63,979 nt of DNA, filler included, from Reticulomyxa filosa (GCA_000512085.1; 23 parts of 23 records of this genome joined end to end with filler, not necessarily neighbours in it), one strand, 5' to 3'; numbered from the whole stretch's first letter, positions 24,406 through 37,002 are shown. Notes: generated by a model from the letters alone, not told the origin. Translations and numbers: made by a program.

Positions 24406-25689
24406 CAACCGCGCTCCGCGATGAACTTGTACTTCCAACTCGCCGAAGTGAGAACCGCGGCGCTGAAACTTCCCGGGTTAATGGCGAGGAAAGCTGATGA
24501 GGTCGTAGTAACCAACCTCATGCTGTTTCGCGTAGATGATAGCGAGGGTGTACGAATGTTTCCGCCTTCCGATCCGCAGGTGCTGAATACGCTCAGTTCC
24601 TCTCCAACCGCATAGTTGCCGTCGGCATTCGTGCATTCGAAAATCACATTCTTATGTTTCGGTGACGTGCCGAGGTTGTGGCTCTTGCTTACGATGGTCG
24701 AAGTGCCCGGCAACGTCGACGTGAAGCCGGAGTCGTATCGTCCGTTGTAGGCGTACGCGACGGTACTGATGACACCGGTCCCATCCGTCGCAGCCTCGCC
24801 CACCATGACGAGGCTGACCTGCGGCGCCGTCGTGCCGTTGCCGAGATAGCCGCGCATTTCGGCGATGTTGAAGGTGAACTGGCCCGAGGTGACGGCGGGC
24901 GTGCCGCCCCACTGATAGACCGGCGCGAGGATCGTGCTGCCGGGCGTCATGAGGCCGTTCGCGATCGTAACGTAGAGGAAGTTCGGCGTCGCGACGGCGC
25001 GATTGGCGGTGAGGCCCGTCCACGTCAGATTGGTTGTGCTGTATCCGATCACGTCGACCGGACCGCCCGTTGTGGCCGACCAGCCGGCCGCCGCCGTGGC
25101 CACCAGCGGATAGGTCGAGGAGACGCCGGTGCTGGTGACCGACAGGGCCGCGTTCGCCGACGGCAGGAAGTTCGGCAGGCCCGCGGTCGTGACCGGACCG
25201 GCCGCCACGGTCTGGCGGCAGAGGCCCGAGAAGACCGGATAGGCGGCCAGCGTCCTCCAGATCAGATCCGCGCCGCTGATGCTCAGGACCTGATCCGAGT
25301 CCCGCGGGCGAGCCGCTTGTAGCCGCTGCCATCGCGGGTCAGCAGGTCGCCTTGGTTGCTAAGTTTGTCGAAGCCACCGACGGTCGCCTGCAGCGTCTGG
25401 ATCAGGCCGTAGTTGCTCTGCTCCGTCGCCGGGTCGCTGATGCTGCTCACCGTATAGCGTCCGACGATCTCGGCGAGCTGCTGCATCGCCATGTAGATCT
25501 GGTCCAGCCGCGCCTCGACCACCTCGGGATAGTACCCGCCCTGATTGGAGAGCACCGTCGTCTGCGTGTAGGGCACCGTGCGCACGATGGTGAGCTTCGT
25601 GCCGACCGCGAGCGCCGCGCCCGACTTCGGATAGGTGACGGCGCCGCCGGCCAGGCTGCCGATTCCCGCCACGGTATAGAGCGACGGCG
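24402..25689 (-). CDS. Podovirus-type tail fibre protein (5' truncated; single frameshift at ~25298-25301)
   Basis: LTIVRTVPYTQTTVLSNQGGYYPEVVEARLDQIYMAMQQL is a T7-tail-fibre-like anchor domain. GDLLTRDGSGYKRLARG[T]SDQVLSISGADLIW is restored across the shift. The C-terminus SHNLGTSPK..ECTNADGNYAVGEE..WKYKFIAERGW is tail-tip-like. Confidence 0.82.
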
Positions 25690-25789
25690 NNNNNNNNNNN
25701 NNNNNNNNNNNNNNNNNNNNNNNNNNNNNNNNNTTAATTAATTAANNNNNNNNNNNNNNNNNNNNNNNNNNNNNNNNNNNNNNNNNNNN

Positions 25790-25826
<37 letters not shown>

Positions 25827-25829
<3 letters not shown>

Positions 25830-26830
25830 GGAAGGACAGTTGAAATTGGCAGAAACAATGTCGTCTTGTGGACATGTGACGAAAGCACTTGGAGTGTACC
25901 GTAAGTTGCTAATGGACAAAGGGGAGTATGATAAGGTGCATCACGAGTATGAAGTATTCTTGGTGAAGTATACAAACAACATTGCCGAAGCTGAAGCCAA
26001 CTTTGTGAAACGCTTGCGCTTTTTCTGTGTTCCGCAAGAGTTTCTACAAACCGATGAAGGCAAGGAGTTGCAAAAGATAAGTCAGCGAATCGCCTTTTTA
26101 TCCGAACGCAACGAGGACGCGTCTGATCGCGGCTATAATTGTCATGACCTTCATGGCATTGCCATCAATCAATACCGCAAATCCACCATTTATCACACAT
26201 CCAATCAACTCTCTTTGGAAGATCAATGGCCTTATTGGCTCTTCCAAGTTCATGCTGGAAAATTGCAACAAGCTAGAGCATTAATCGAGCAATGGATCAA
26301 ACTTGTCAATCCAAGTTCTTCTTTTTTTTTTTTTTTTTTTTTGTTGTTGTTGCTTCGTCCTTCTCTCTTATGGGGGGACGTGCGAATACGTATACGCCAT
26401 GTTCGTGTTTTTAAATATATGATATTATATCAAAATTGCATTTGCTTAACTTGTTTGTTTTTTTTGTTTTTTTTTTTTGGAATGGCAAAAGGCAGAAATT
26501 AAAAAAATGGAGTATACGTACGAAGAGATTGAAGAAGGGTGCTGGAACATGATACGCAGTTGTGCGAAGGATAGAAAAGACTGTCAGAAATTAACGGTGC
26601 GTTTGGAAGAATTCCAGAAATCGATCCAATCCAAAGCGGAACGATCCAAACTTCCGACCTCCTTCCACGAAGACTATAAAAGTGACAGTGAAGGTGAAGA
26701 CGACAACGATGATGGTAGTAACAATAACAATGAGAATGACAACGACAATGCCAATCAAATACAACGGCAACACGTACACCTCTGTCCCAACAGTTAACGC
26801 GACAAATAAATTTGCATCGGCACCTAACAC
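25827..26830 (+). CDS. Hypothetical helical-repeat (TPR/HAT-like) protein, internal exons
   Basis: ALGVYRKLL..VHHEYEVFL..IAEAEANF and AGKLQQARALIEQWI; intron at about 26305-26495. Confidence 0.5.
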
Positions 26831-29320
26831 AAAAAAAAAAAAAAATATTATTATTATTATTTAGTTTAGTTTAGTTTAGNNNNNNNNNNNNNNNNNNNNN
26901 NNNNNNNNNNNNNNNNNNNNNNNTTAATTAATTAANNNNNNNNNNNNNNNNNNNNNNNNNNNNNNNNNNNNNNNNNNNNTTTTTTTTTCATATGTTGACA
27001 GTATATATTTATTGTGTATTATGATTACTATTTATTACATTATTTGCTAAATTATTTACGTTTTTACACATTATCTTTTTATTGATGAACAATTGTATTA
27101 TGAAATTACTATTTTTTGATTAATTTTTATTTGCGATTTCGCAATTAATAGCTTCGTTTAAATAAATAGAATGTTTAACATGTTGAAAAATCTAGCACGT
27201 GCAAAACACAAATGTTTATTTAACAAAAAAAGATAACAATTTGCGATTTATATGTGCTTTATTTTCATTTGGTTATTGCGAATTTGCGCAAGTAATCCTT
27301 GAAATTGATTGCTCGTTAGTATGCTTTATTCAGGTCATGGAGTGGGTGCAAGATATCAAGTTGTCGTAGTGATTATATTTAATAAAGTATGTTTTAATTA
27401 TTTTTTTCTAATGGAATATCAATTCTGGAAAAATGACAAAAGTTTTGGCTATAATGCAATTTGACATTACAATTGAAAATATTTTTGTAGTGAGTTTGTA
27501 CAACACCACATACTCTTTTTCTTTTTGAGAAGGCTCGAGCTCGTTTTTGAAAATCATTGAAACTGTGTTACCATCACAACAAGAATCAAAATATTGAGAA
27601 AAAGATTATTCACTACTTTTTCTTGCTTACTTTTGCAGTTGATTAATTATTTTATATTTGTATCTTGACGAATAAAAAAACAGTTTATTACGGCCAATAA
27701 ATGTTATTTTTCACTTTTTTTGTACACAAAAAAAGATTATTTCCTTGTTTGAAGTCGACTTGAATTATTTCTCCTTCAAGCTATTAAAGCATTAAGATTT
27801 GTAATATCAGTTATTGTATGAGGCTTGCTCAAATGGAACTCTTCTCTTCAATTTTTTGAATAAAAAAACAAGTATTTGAATATCATCCTAGCAAACTCTG
27901 TTTTTCTAAAAATGAGATTATTTGCAATCTGATTGAAGAAATACTGAATAAAAAGGACTGGATGACTGACATGCAGTAATTCGTTGTGTAACGAAATAAT
28001 TTGTTCTCTTTTATCAAAGAAACAATGAAAATATTTGCCAGTTTTTGACAAACAAGAAATAGCTCATATTCCAAGTATAATTCATATAAGCAAGGATTAT
28101 TTGCTGTTTGGCTGTCACAACTTTTGTTAGGTCTTTGTTCTGTTTAGATTTTTACACTAGTTTTTGCTACTTCAATTCTGCTCCGTCCATTTCCATGTTT
28201 TTTCTTTGATCAAATAGACACGCCGAAGTGCACTTCTTCAAAGCTTTACGGCGCCAGTGAACCAAAAAAAGTTTCTGTCAAACTTGTTCAAAAAACAACT
28301 ATACTTTCAAATTATAACCTTCAATACCAATGACGAACGAAAATTAGTTTAAACTAAAATTCTGTTGAAAAACGTGAAGATAAAATCAGACAACCAAAAA
28401 GACTCTCAAAAAGGGGGTTGTTACATTTTTTTATTTTTTATTTGTCATTGTTGTAGTTTCTTTACAACTTCAGGCAGTCAGCAGCAAATACTACATCGAT
28501 GATATTTCCTGCACCAAAACAACGAAAATAAAGTTCTAGTTTAGCAATTTCTAAGTTTTTAAAAAAATTTTAAACAATTAAAGTTTTATAATTAATTCAA
28601 AAATTAGGACATTTAAGGAGTATGAAGGATATTGAACTGAAAATATTAATTTGTACATCATGCAATTTGCCCGATTTATAATTATTTACATTCTTGATAA
28701 TAAGTAAAGTATGTCATTGTGTTATTGCTGAATAATGTTATACTTTATTTGAAAAAATTTTTAGTTTGCGTTGTATTGGCATAAGCGTTTTGAAACACAC
28801 ATTTTTTCAAATAAAAAGCTCGTTTATAGCTGTTACAATCTCCGAATATAAAGCGTACGTGCGCAGATAATATGTTTGTCCCAAACGTAGTCAATGACAA
28901 TGTATACTTATTATGTACAACTGTTTTTTTTACATTTGTGATTTTTTAAGTTTTTTTATAAACTACAAGGAGTACGTAATTATTTTAAAAAACTATAATT
29001 CCGAACTTAAAAAATTTTTTTTTGTTTGATATCCTTGTACGAAAAGACGGAAATAGCGTGCTAACTGTACCGTACAATTCAAAAATAAAACTGGCACCAC
29101 ATTGTTTTTTGATTGATCCAATCCGTTTCAGCCACTTGTTTCTCAATCCTAATACTACATCAAAAAAGTTATTGAATTTATTGTAATTTCATTTAGACAG
29201 TGTGCCTCTATCATAACTTTGAAAAGAAGCAATTTTCTTAATTTTGGACATCGGCATTTGGTAAGGATAAATGAAAATAAAAAAGGGGTTAGAGTAAAGC
29301 CCCTTGAAGGAAACTCAAAA

Positions 29321-29996
29321 ATGTCGACAACCAAAAAAATACCAGAGATTGATCAGTTATTAGGTCAAGTATGGTCAAAATACAACAGCATTTTGCCCGA
29401 GATTGATTTTTTGAACTGCGGTATGACGATTGTTTTGTTTATTCTCCAAGTTGCTCTTACGAACTGTTATTTTGATGAACTTGTATCGACTTTTTTCTGT
29501 TGGGGGGGGTGGGGGTGGGTGAAATAATGGAAAACATGGAAAATGTGCAGTATTCTCATTTTTCAATCGTCGAACGACGTATTTAGCAGAAACAGGAAAT
29601 GCGAAGAAAGTGCTTCAATTGGTGAACAGGTACATTGACGAAGCAAAGCAGCAAAAGCTCGAAAGAGAGAAAGAAAGAGATCGAGAAGCGCAAAAAGAAA
29701 AGGACTACAATGAAAAGGCCTTGTCTAAGAAAAAAGACGAAGCAAAGACCGAAGAGGCCCACGCAGCAACAGCATCGACACCAACAGACATAAGCGTAGG
29801 CATAGGTGCGAGCATAGGCACTGATCCGTCCGAGTTTTCCGAGACAACAGCCTCAGTCTCAAAACAGACTGACTCCAAATCGCAGACGACAGAAAATCAG
29901 TCCGAATCTACTCAACAAGCAAGCGCTGACAACGCCAATCAAGGTCATCCAGACAAAGAAGAACGAGAAGAAGAAGCGAGAAATGAACGTATATAA
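29321..29996 (+). CDS. Hypothetical multi-exon protein, N-terminal part
   Basis: MSTTKKIPEIDQLLGQVWSKYNSILPEIDFLNC, short GT-AG introns, then a charged low-complexity exon. Confidence 0.5.
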
Positions 29997-30249
29997 CTTT
30001 TTGATGCGTGTGCAAAAAAAACAAAAACGGAGGTGTTTTTTAATAAACAAAATAAAAAAAAAAAAAAAAAAAAAAAAAGAACAAAANNNNNNNNNNNNNN
30101 NNNNNNNNNNNNNNNNNNNNNNNNNNNNNNTTAATTAATTAANNNNNNNNNNNNNNNNNNNNNNNNNNNNNNNNNNNNNNNNNNNNTCTCCATATTTGTA
30201 AAGACCAACAACAAAGAAAAACATGCACATATATGTACATGATTAAAAG

Positions 30250-30679
30250 GATAATGTCGTGCAACCCTGACAAGAAACCAGAGATAGAATTGTTATCAGC
30301 AAAACTTTTAGAAGAAAGACAACATTGGGAGAATGTAAAGAAATGTATGAATGAAATTGTGTCACTTGTTCATAATGCGATTTTAGCAAAGAATGCAAAT
30401 AAGCCTACAATTGTGGAGAAACATACAGCGACCAGAGTAGATAAACTTACCCATTTTGAAAAACTGTTATCAGGTCTGAGTGAAGAGAGCAAAACCAAGA
30501 ACAGTACGGCAATAACAGAAGCAAAAGCACTAGCCGAAGAACTGGCGAAAGACTTGTCTCAACAAGAACTAGGTGAACTAAACCTTCGAATTGGTCGTTT
30601 TACTAGTCAAATTGAGAGGATTCGTACTGCCTTGTTGCAAGAATATAAACAACAAAAGAAAAATGAAGAGAACCAATAA
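30250..30679 (+). CDS. Hypothetical helical protein, last exon
   Basis: About 140-aa open coiled-coil-like frame after an AAAAG acceptor, ending in TAA. Confidence 0.5.
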
Positions 30680-31486
30680 CTTTATTCGTGTGCCTTTTTT
30701 TTGTTATGTGAAAGTGTTTGTATGGACCTTTTTCAAATTAATTTACGCCTACAAAACACTTTTTTGATTCAATTTTTGCAATATCAGCCATAGACAATGG
30801 CCTTCTGACGGGAAAAACAAAAAAGTGTAATCTGCTTCTAAAGACAAATGAATATGCCCGTCAAAAGTTTTTCAAAAGGGAATCCGTCAAAAACAAACAC
30901 AAAAAAAATAATATACAAATAATACACGTTTTGAAACATGTGGCGAATACCAACTCGTTACTTGTCTCAACTAAATCGAAAACTTGGGACAGATGTGAGA
31001 AATTTGATTATGATTTTGATTTTTGTGATTATCATCATATATGTGTGGAGAAGAGTGGACGCAGCAAAGCGAAGAGTTAATTTGTAATTTACCTGAAGGC
31101 AAAAAAAAAAAAAAAAAAGATGAAGATGAAGGGGAAAAATTGCAATAAAATGGATAGCGTGATGAAGAACGACGTCGTCGACAAGAGAACAATAACGCAA
31201 ATAATAGAAATCCAAATGAAAGTGGAGCAAACGACAATAGAGCAAACGGATTGGATAGATTTCAACCAAATCAAAACTTGACTGCTCAACAAATAATGGA
31301 AAATGCACGAAAGGAATTTCAATACACGCGAGCATATGATCGCTATCTAACTGATATGGGATGGAAAAATCAATGCGTTGTGATNNNNNNNNNNNNNNNN
31401 NNNNNNNNNNNNNNNNNNNNNNNNNNNNTTAATTAATTAANNNNNNNNNNNNNNNNNNNNNNNNNNNNNNNNNNNNNNNNNNNNAT

Positions 31487-31663
31487 TCTAATCATCCAGA
31501 TGTTGGTAATACATATAATGTTTTAGGAAATATCAATTGTGAAAAAGGTAATAAAATGGAGGCAAAGAAGTGTTATGAAAATGCATTGTCGATTTATACT
31601 CAAAAATTGGGTAAAAATCACCAAAAGACACAAAATATGATGCTTGCATTGAAGAAATTGTAA
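31487..31663 (+). CDS. TPR-repeat protein (kinesin-light-chain/TPR_12 type), C-terminus
   Basis: Hand translation, absent from the ORF track: SNHPDVGNTYNVLGNINCEKGNKMEAKKCYENALSIYTQKLGKNHQKTQNMMLALKKL*. Confidence 0.85.
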   Translation, partial: SNHPDVGNTYNVLGNINCEKGNKMEAKKCYENALSIYTQKLGKNHQKTQNMMLALKKL

Positions 31664-33289
31664 ATGTGTGTTAATTTGTTTAAATAAAGATTATTTGAGT
31701 TAAAACGTATTTTGGATGCAAAAAAGAAAATTTTATTTTGAAATGTACAGTTTTGTTTTATTTTGTTGTTGTATGATTAAGTATGAAATTTCAAAAGTTG
31801 TTCTCAGATAATTTGTAATAATATTTTCTTCACATAATATCACACGTTTGTTCAATAAATACAAGAAATGTAAGATATTTGTACAGTTGCCATAGCACAT
31901 GATAGTACAATCAATCAAAATTTAATTCAAAAAAAGGAGTTGAATGACTTACATTTAAATAAAATATTAGCCAAATGAATCCATAGTAAAATTTCACAAA
32001 CACTGCTGCATACCAATTATTAAACCATTCAATAATAATTTCATTCGTTGGAATTCACATGACCTGGAAGTTTTCAAATTTTGAAACAAACTCATTTGAT
32101 AGTTAATATCCCCTTAATTTTTAAAGAACCAAAAACAAAATGGTGATATGATAAATCCATTTTCAGAATTACAAATCACTCTTTCAAATGAACATCTATC
32201 ACTTGCATTATAAAAACATAGCAATGCATTCATCCCAGATTCGGATAAATTCGATGTTTGATTTCAGTTTCAACAAAAGAAAAATAATGTAAGTTTTTTT
32301 GCAAAGAAACTACAAAACTGAGTCTACCAAAAGCAAATAGAAATCAATCAAAAGAAGTCGTGTTTTCTTACAAAGTCAAGTTCAAATTTTCTTTAGAGAT
32401 TCTTCAACATATAGCTCCTTTTTGTCGTTCGTTATTTTATGCTCATAACTTTGAAATTTTAACACTAGAAATTGAACTGTTTATCATTTCTTTGTTTGTA
32501 AGTCATCAATTATATCGAGGATATTCAGAAAAAAAAACAAACGTATGCTAAATTTGTTGTCGATTTTTAGATTGAAAGTTATTTGATTATGTATTATGAG
32601 TACAATTGTGCATATGAAAAAAATTCATTTTTTTATAAAATTGCAATGTCATCAAAAATATTAAAAAAGTGTTACAGATGTAAAATTGATATTCAAAATA
32701 AGAAATTAAATGTAACATAATACAAATGTTGAAAAAATTAGATACAAAATTATCACATCTACTTTGGCAATATGTCGAATCAGAATTTTTCTTTAGAAAT
32801 GAAAAGCCTTTGAAACTTATTCAAACATATATTATTTGTTATCTTTTTGATCGATTCAACGCGAATAATTTAAATTTTAATCAATTCAGAGATAATTGAA
32901 AAAAAAGACATGATACTTTTCATTTTTGTTTTGACGAATTTGATTATTGTCAAAGCCTATTATAAAAAAAGTCAGAACAGTCAAAAACAGAGAAACTATG
33001 CAACAAAATTACAATCAAATATGTCAAAAGAGATTAAACAAGTCGCGTGGATGCATTTGGTAAATCATCTTTCGACGCCAATCTTGAACAGCTGTAAATG
33101 ATGCGCAGTATGGAGTATTAGACGTACTGCTTTTCTTTCAAAGTTTTTGTTAAGACAGTGAAATCATTATTTTTCTTTAATTGGAAAAAAAAGAGTAAAT
33201 TTTTGTTGTATAAACACACTTTAGATTTCAAGGAGTCTTGGGTAAAGTAAAATGTGTAATAAATTAAAATATATTTAAATCAAACACAC

Positions 33290-33620
33290 TAACATTATCT
33301 TCAATAAATAACAAGTGATTTGTTGATGTTATCATTGTTATCTACCAGTTTCACTACACAGTGTCCATCTAACATAAAATCACTTGGATACTCACAAATA
33401 AACTTGTATTTGTTTTGATTGTATGATAAGAATAACAAGCTCTTTTAAGTAGATCTCTCTAAATGATTATTTCGTATTTATGTTGCACACATTGAGGACC
33501 AGAAAGTGTGGTGGGCAATTCTTTCAAACGTTGAAAGGAAATTGAAGTAATAAGATGTTGACTTTGTTCAGTTTGCTTAGTTTGTCTTCAGAAGGTTTTT
33601 TTGTAATTCGATTACTCATG
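33290..33620 (-). pseudogene. Kelch-family pseudogene (N-terminal blades)
   Basis: FQRLKELPTTLSGPQCVQHKYE..RACYSYHTIK..YKFICEYPSD..GHCVVKLVD with frameshifts. Confidence 0.7.
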
Positions 33621-34378
33621 TTGTTAATGTTGCTGAATTTTTAATTGTTTAAAAAAAAGGGGATGTAAAAGCAAACCGAAGTCTCTCTTTGTAGGAAGAT
33701 TGATGTAGCACCAAGTGTAATACGAAAGTAATTACTAAAAGATGTTTTCGAAAAGGAAACAAAAGTAGTTAAATAATAAAAAGATAAACAGCTCACTGAC
33801 AAAGAAATAAGAAAACAGAAAAGTAAAAGAAGAAGACAGTGAAGGTTGTTGAGGAAAAAGGGTTCCCTCGTTCATATGGAGTTCTCCTGTAATTAGTAGG
33901 GCATTGCACTACATCTTTTAAATTTTTTTTAAAAGTTGAATTGTCTACCTTTACAGGTCATTGTTAAATTCTATTTTAATGTTGTCAAGTGTCCTTGAGA
34001 GCCCCTTGAATGAATTTGATTTAAAAAAATCAGAACTTTTTTTCATCTTACATCACTATCTAACCCAATCTCAAAAGATCGCAGATGATTACTTTTGTGA
34101 ATAAAAAACTAGCTTCAATACAACAACCATTAGTAAGCTTCATTTTAATCTTTGAGAAAGCTGNNNNNNNNNNNNNNNNNNNNNNNNNNNNNNNNNNNNN
34201 NNNNNNNTTAATTAATTAANNNNNNNNNNNNNNNNNNNNNNNNNNNNNNNNNNNNNNNNNNNNTTTTTTTTTTTTTTTTTTTGAATTGCAATTGTGTAAA
34301 AAAGGGACCTTTTTTTAATATTTTTTTAAAAAAAATTTTTAAAAAACATCAAAAAAAGTTTGGCCAAATTTCAATTAC

Positions 34379-35396
34379 CTTGTAGTCTTTGTGCTCTCGC
34401 AACGTATCGATCAACAATACAATGTCATTGACAAAGCAAAAACCACTCGCCTTTTGAGACTTAGCGTGGTGCCTTCCTCCACCAAAGTTGAGGACGAGTC
34501 TCTCGCCGCGATGAATGCAACGTGCGGCTTCGATACTGCTCCCTGCCACTGCCAGACAGTACTCGTACAGTCCCTCAAACGGACTACAATCGTCAAGCAG
34601 GCCGTACATCTTCAACAATTGTCTCTCGTCGTCGTTGCACTCGCAGTACTCGAGCAACTGCTCACTCTCTTCCAACATCGTCACGTAGTCCTCTTGGTGG
34701 TAGGCTAGCAACTCCTCCGTTGTGCATGCTTTGTAGTCCATCACTTTCAAGAGGTCTGGTCTTTGGTCCAGTTCGTAAGCCTTTACAAGCGACCAAAACA
34801 GCCTAGAGGTCATTGGCATATTCAGTACAATCGACACAAAAGTGAACATTGAAAACAAAAGTGTAAAACAAAACAAAAAAAAAGTCACCCAATCAAAGTT
34901 TTGAAATTTCAAACCAATCAAAAAAAAAAAAAAGGATATTGTTGTGACTTTTTCAAAAATTGAACCGTAACGAGTATTTTTTGTTATCTTGTGGCAAACG
35001 ATCACAAATTTGTGTGTATGCATCGCTGCAAATTAGTATAGGTATGCATTGTGTCCACTTTTGAGGTGGGTTCAACAATAGTGATAGAGTGTTGTCTTTG
35101 TGTTGACTGCTGCTGTTTGTGCGCTTGGAAAGTGGTGTCACTTTTATGTTCGTGGCAGGCGAGCTCGAAGTTACATTTTGAAATGTTATCAATGGCTTCT
35201 CCTTTGAGTGAGGCAAGTAAAAAAAAAGCAAAAAAACATTGTCTTCAAATTTTGTTTCTACTTCAAAATGAGGAAATGATGAAAAGCCGAATAATGTCAA
35301 TATATCTGCCAAAATCGGCAAAAACGGTGTCTGAACTTCTTTGAAAGATTGCTCATCCAAAACATGTTCTTGGAATTTTTTTGGTGACGTTTCCAT
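34379..35396 (-). CDS. Class I histone deacetylase, HDAC8/Hos1-like (3' truncated)
   Basis: GGGRHHAKSQKASGFCFVNDIVL catalytic motif; YGLLDDCSPFEGLYEY. Exon 1 (IPILICSDAYTQICDRLP) joins exon 2 through a GT-AG intron at 34803-34965. Confidence 0.88.
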
Positions 35397-35953
35397 GGAT
35401 AGATACGCTGTAGAAGCAGCAATACTAACAAGGATTCCTTTGTAATAAATCTAGATTCAAGCTGCGGTGAGACCAAACAGACTGTTGCTTGAATTGTTTT
35501 TGTTTTTGTTTTTTTTAAAGATTAAAATTAAAATAACGGCCCTTTTGACACGGTTTTTGAAAAACCAAAACTACAGCTAATTCGCAGATCTGAGCGAAAT
35601 GCTGTTTATCATTTCCGCAAGTTGGTACTTTTTGGTTATTACAAATCATTCTCTATTAAATAGAAACTTCAGAAGCCATGCAAAGGATCAGTTGCGACAA
35701 AAGAGACTCTTGTCATGGATTTGCTTACGATAGTTGATGATCCAGTATTATCAGCGTATAAAAAAATTGCCACGTAAAGAAGAGAATGAGAGAAAAAAAA
35801 ATGCTTGAATACATCAGCATTTGAAAACATCAACAAAAGATAAAAATATATTCTTTGTTGTTTTATTGTTGTTTTCCTTTTGCATGACTGATCAGCGAAG
35901 CAAAAAAAAAAAAAAAGTTCACACAACATTATTCTACATTTGGAGAGAGTCGT

Positions 35954-37002
35954 TCAATTGAACCCTAAACCTGCAATCGCTGATTTCACAGGGATCAACA
36001 TAATCATAGACGCACTTTTGTGTGGTTTGAGCGGTGATCTGCTGCGTGTCAGGATTGTTTTCGCCAAGGTCTTTTGTTGGGCTTGTGTGTCTTCATCATT
36101 TTTTTTTTTGGTAGTGACGGCCGAGTGAGCATTGATTTGAGATGGAGAGTGTGAAGGAGAGTGAGGATGTGGTTGTGACACGGCCTCACTGGGAGCATGA
36201 ATTACGGTCATTCGAACTATTTTGCCTTGGCAAACTTTGTTGTGATATTTCATTCTCAAGTCCATCGCCACTTGCTCATTTTCTAACACAATTTCCGCAC
36301 TTTGCGAATTTGCGTCCAACGCGATACTTACACACTTGTCGTTCATCAACTCATCGTTGTCAAACACTTTGCTGATGATTGCAGAAGCATTCATTCCAGC
36401 AGGTAAGTTGCGAATTAACAAAACACTTGGCTTGTTATTATTATTGTTATTGTTATTGTTATTATTATTATTGTTATTATCGTTGTTATTGTTGTTATGT
36501 TATTATTATTATTATTTTTATTGTTATTATTGTTATTATTGTTTTTGTTATGATCATCACTGATTTGATCTTTATTGTTTGGAACGTTTCTTTTCGTTGT
36601 TATTTCATGGTCGCTAACGACAATAACTGAATTGTTATTCAGTTTACGTTTTTTGCTCGGCTCAAACTCCAATTGTTTGTTATCCGAAACGTGTACGGCC
36701 TTTAAAAGCCGCTTGCTGTGTACCTGCTCTTTTTGGTGGTGGTGTTGGTGCTGGCGCTCTTCTGCGTCATTTGGAATGCAAACTTGCAAACGTGGTTTTG
36801 CTTTACTTGTTTCATTCGAACGTGGTGGACTTACGTCGTTCATGATCGAGATGGATAATTTCTTATTGTCTCGTTTGGAAAGGCTTACACTTTCCACGTT
36901 ACTACGCTTCTTTCCTATGGAATGCAAATGCTTAGAGTTCTCATTTTTACCTAAATGCTCATTTATTACGGAAATTGGATTTTTTGAGCGACTGATTGAC
37001 AT
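35954..37002 (-). CDS. Poly-Asn, RRM-like domain protein (frameshift within the AAT/AAC repeat)
   Basis: SVLLIRNLPAGMN..AEIVLENEQVA..YHNKVCQGKIVRMT resembles an RRM. The two ORFs join across the trinucleotide repeat at 36430-36550. Confidence 0.55.

Larger units (their letters stand above)
24253..25689. mobile_element. Foreign GC-rich contig: bacteriophage/prophage virion-module fragment
   Basis: Hand count 45/60 GC at 25081-25140, versus very AT-rich flanking contigs. No introns, GTGA gene overlap, GGAG Shine-Dalgarno, phage structural motifs. Confidence 0.9.

Noticed and set aside
24253-25689. Horizontal transfer of phage genes into the host chromosome
   Set aside because: The contig is bounded by spacers, with no host-like flank or amelioration.
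24652-25741. Long alternative-frame ORFs (226, 214 and 129 aa) in the GC-rich contig
   Set aside because: Arg/Gly-rich shadow frames are expected in high-GC DNA; the tail-fibre frame carries the motifs.
26861-26879. (TTTAG)n at a contig end as a telomere
   Set aside because: Only about four units, following an intron-like poly-A/TAT tract; an ordinary microsatellite.
30938-31384. Type II membrane glycosidase (GH47-like) start
   Set aside because: A TM segment and stem are plausible, but similarity rests on about 15 residues at a truncated end.
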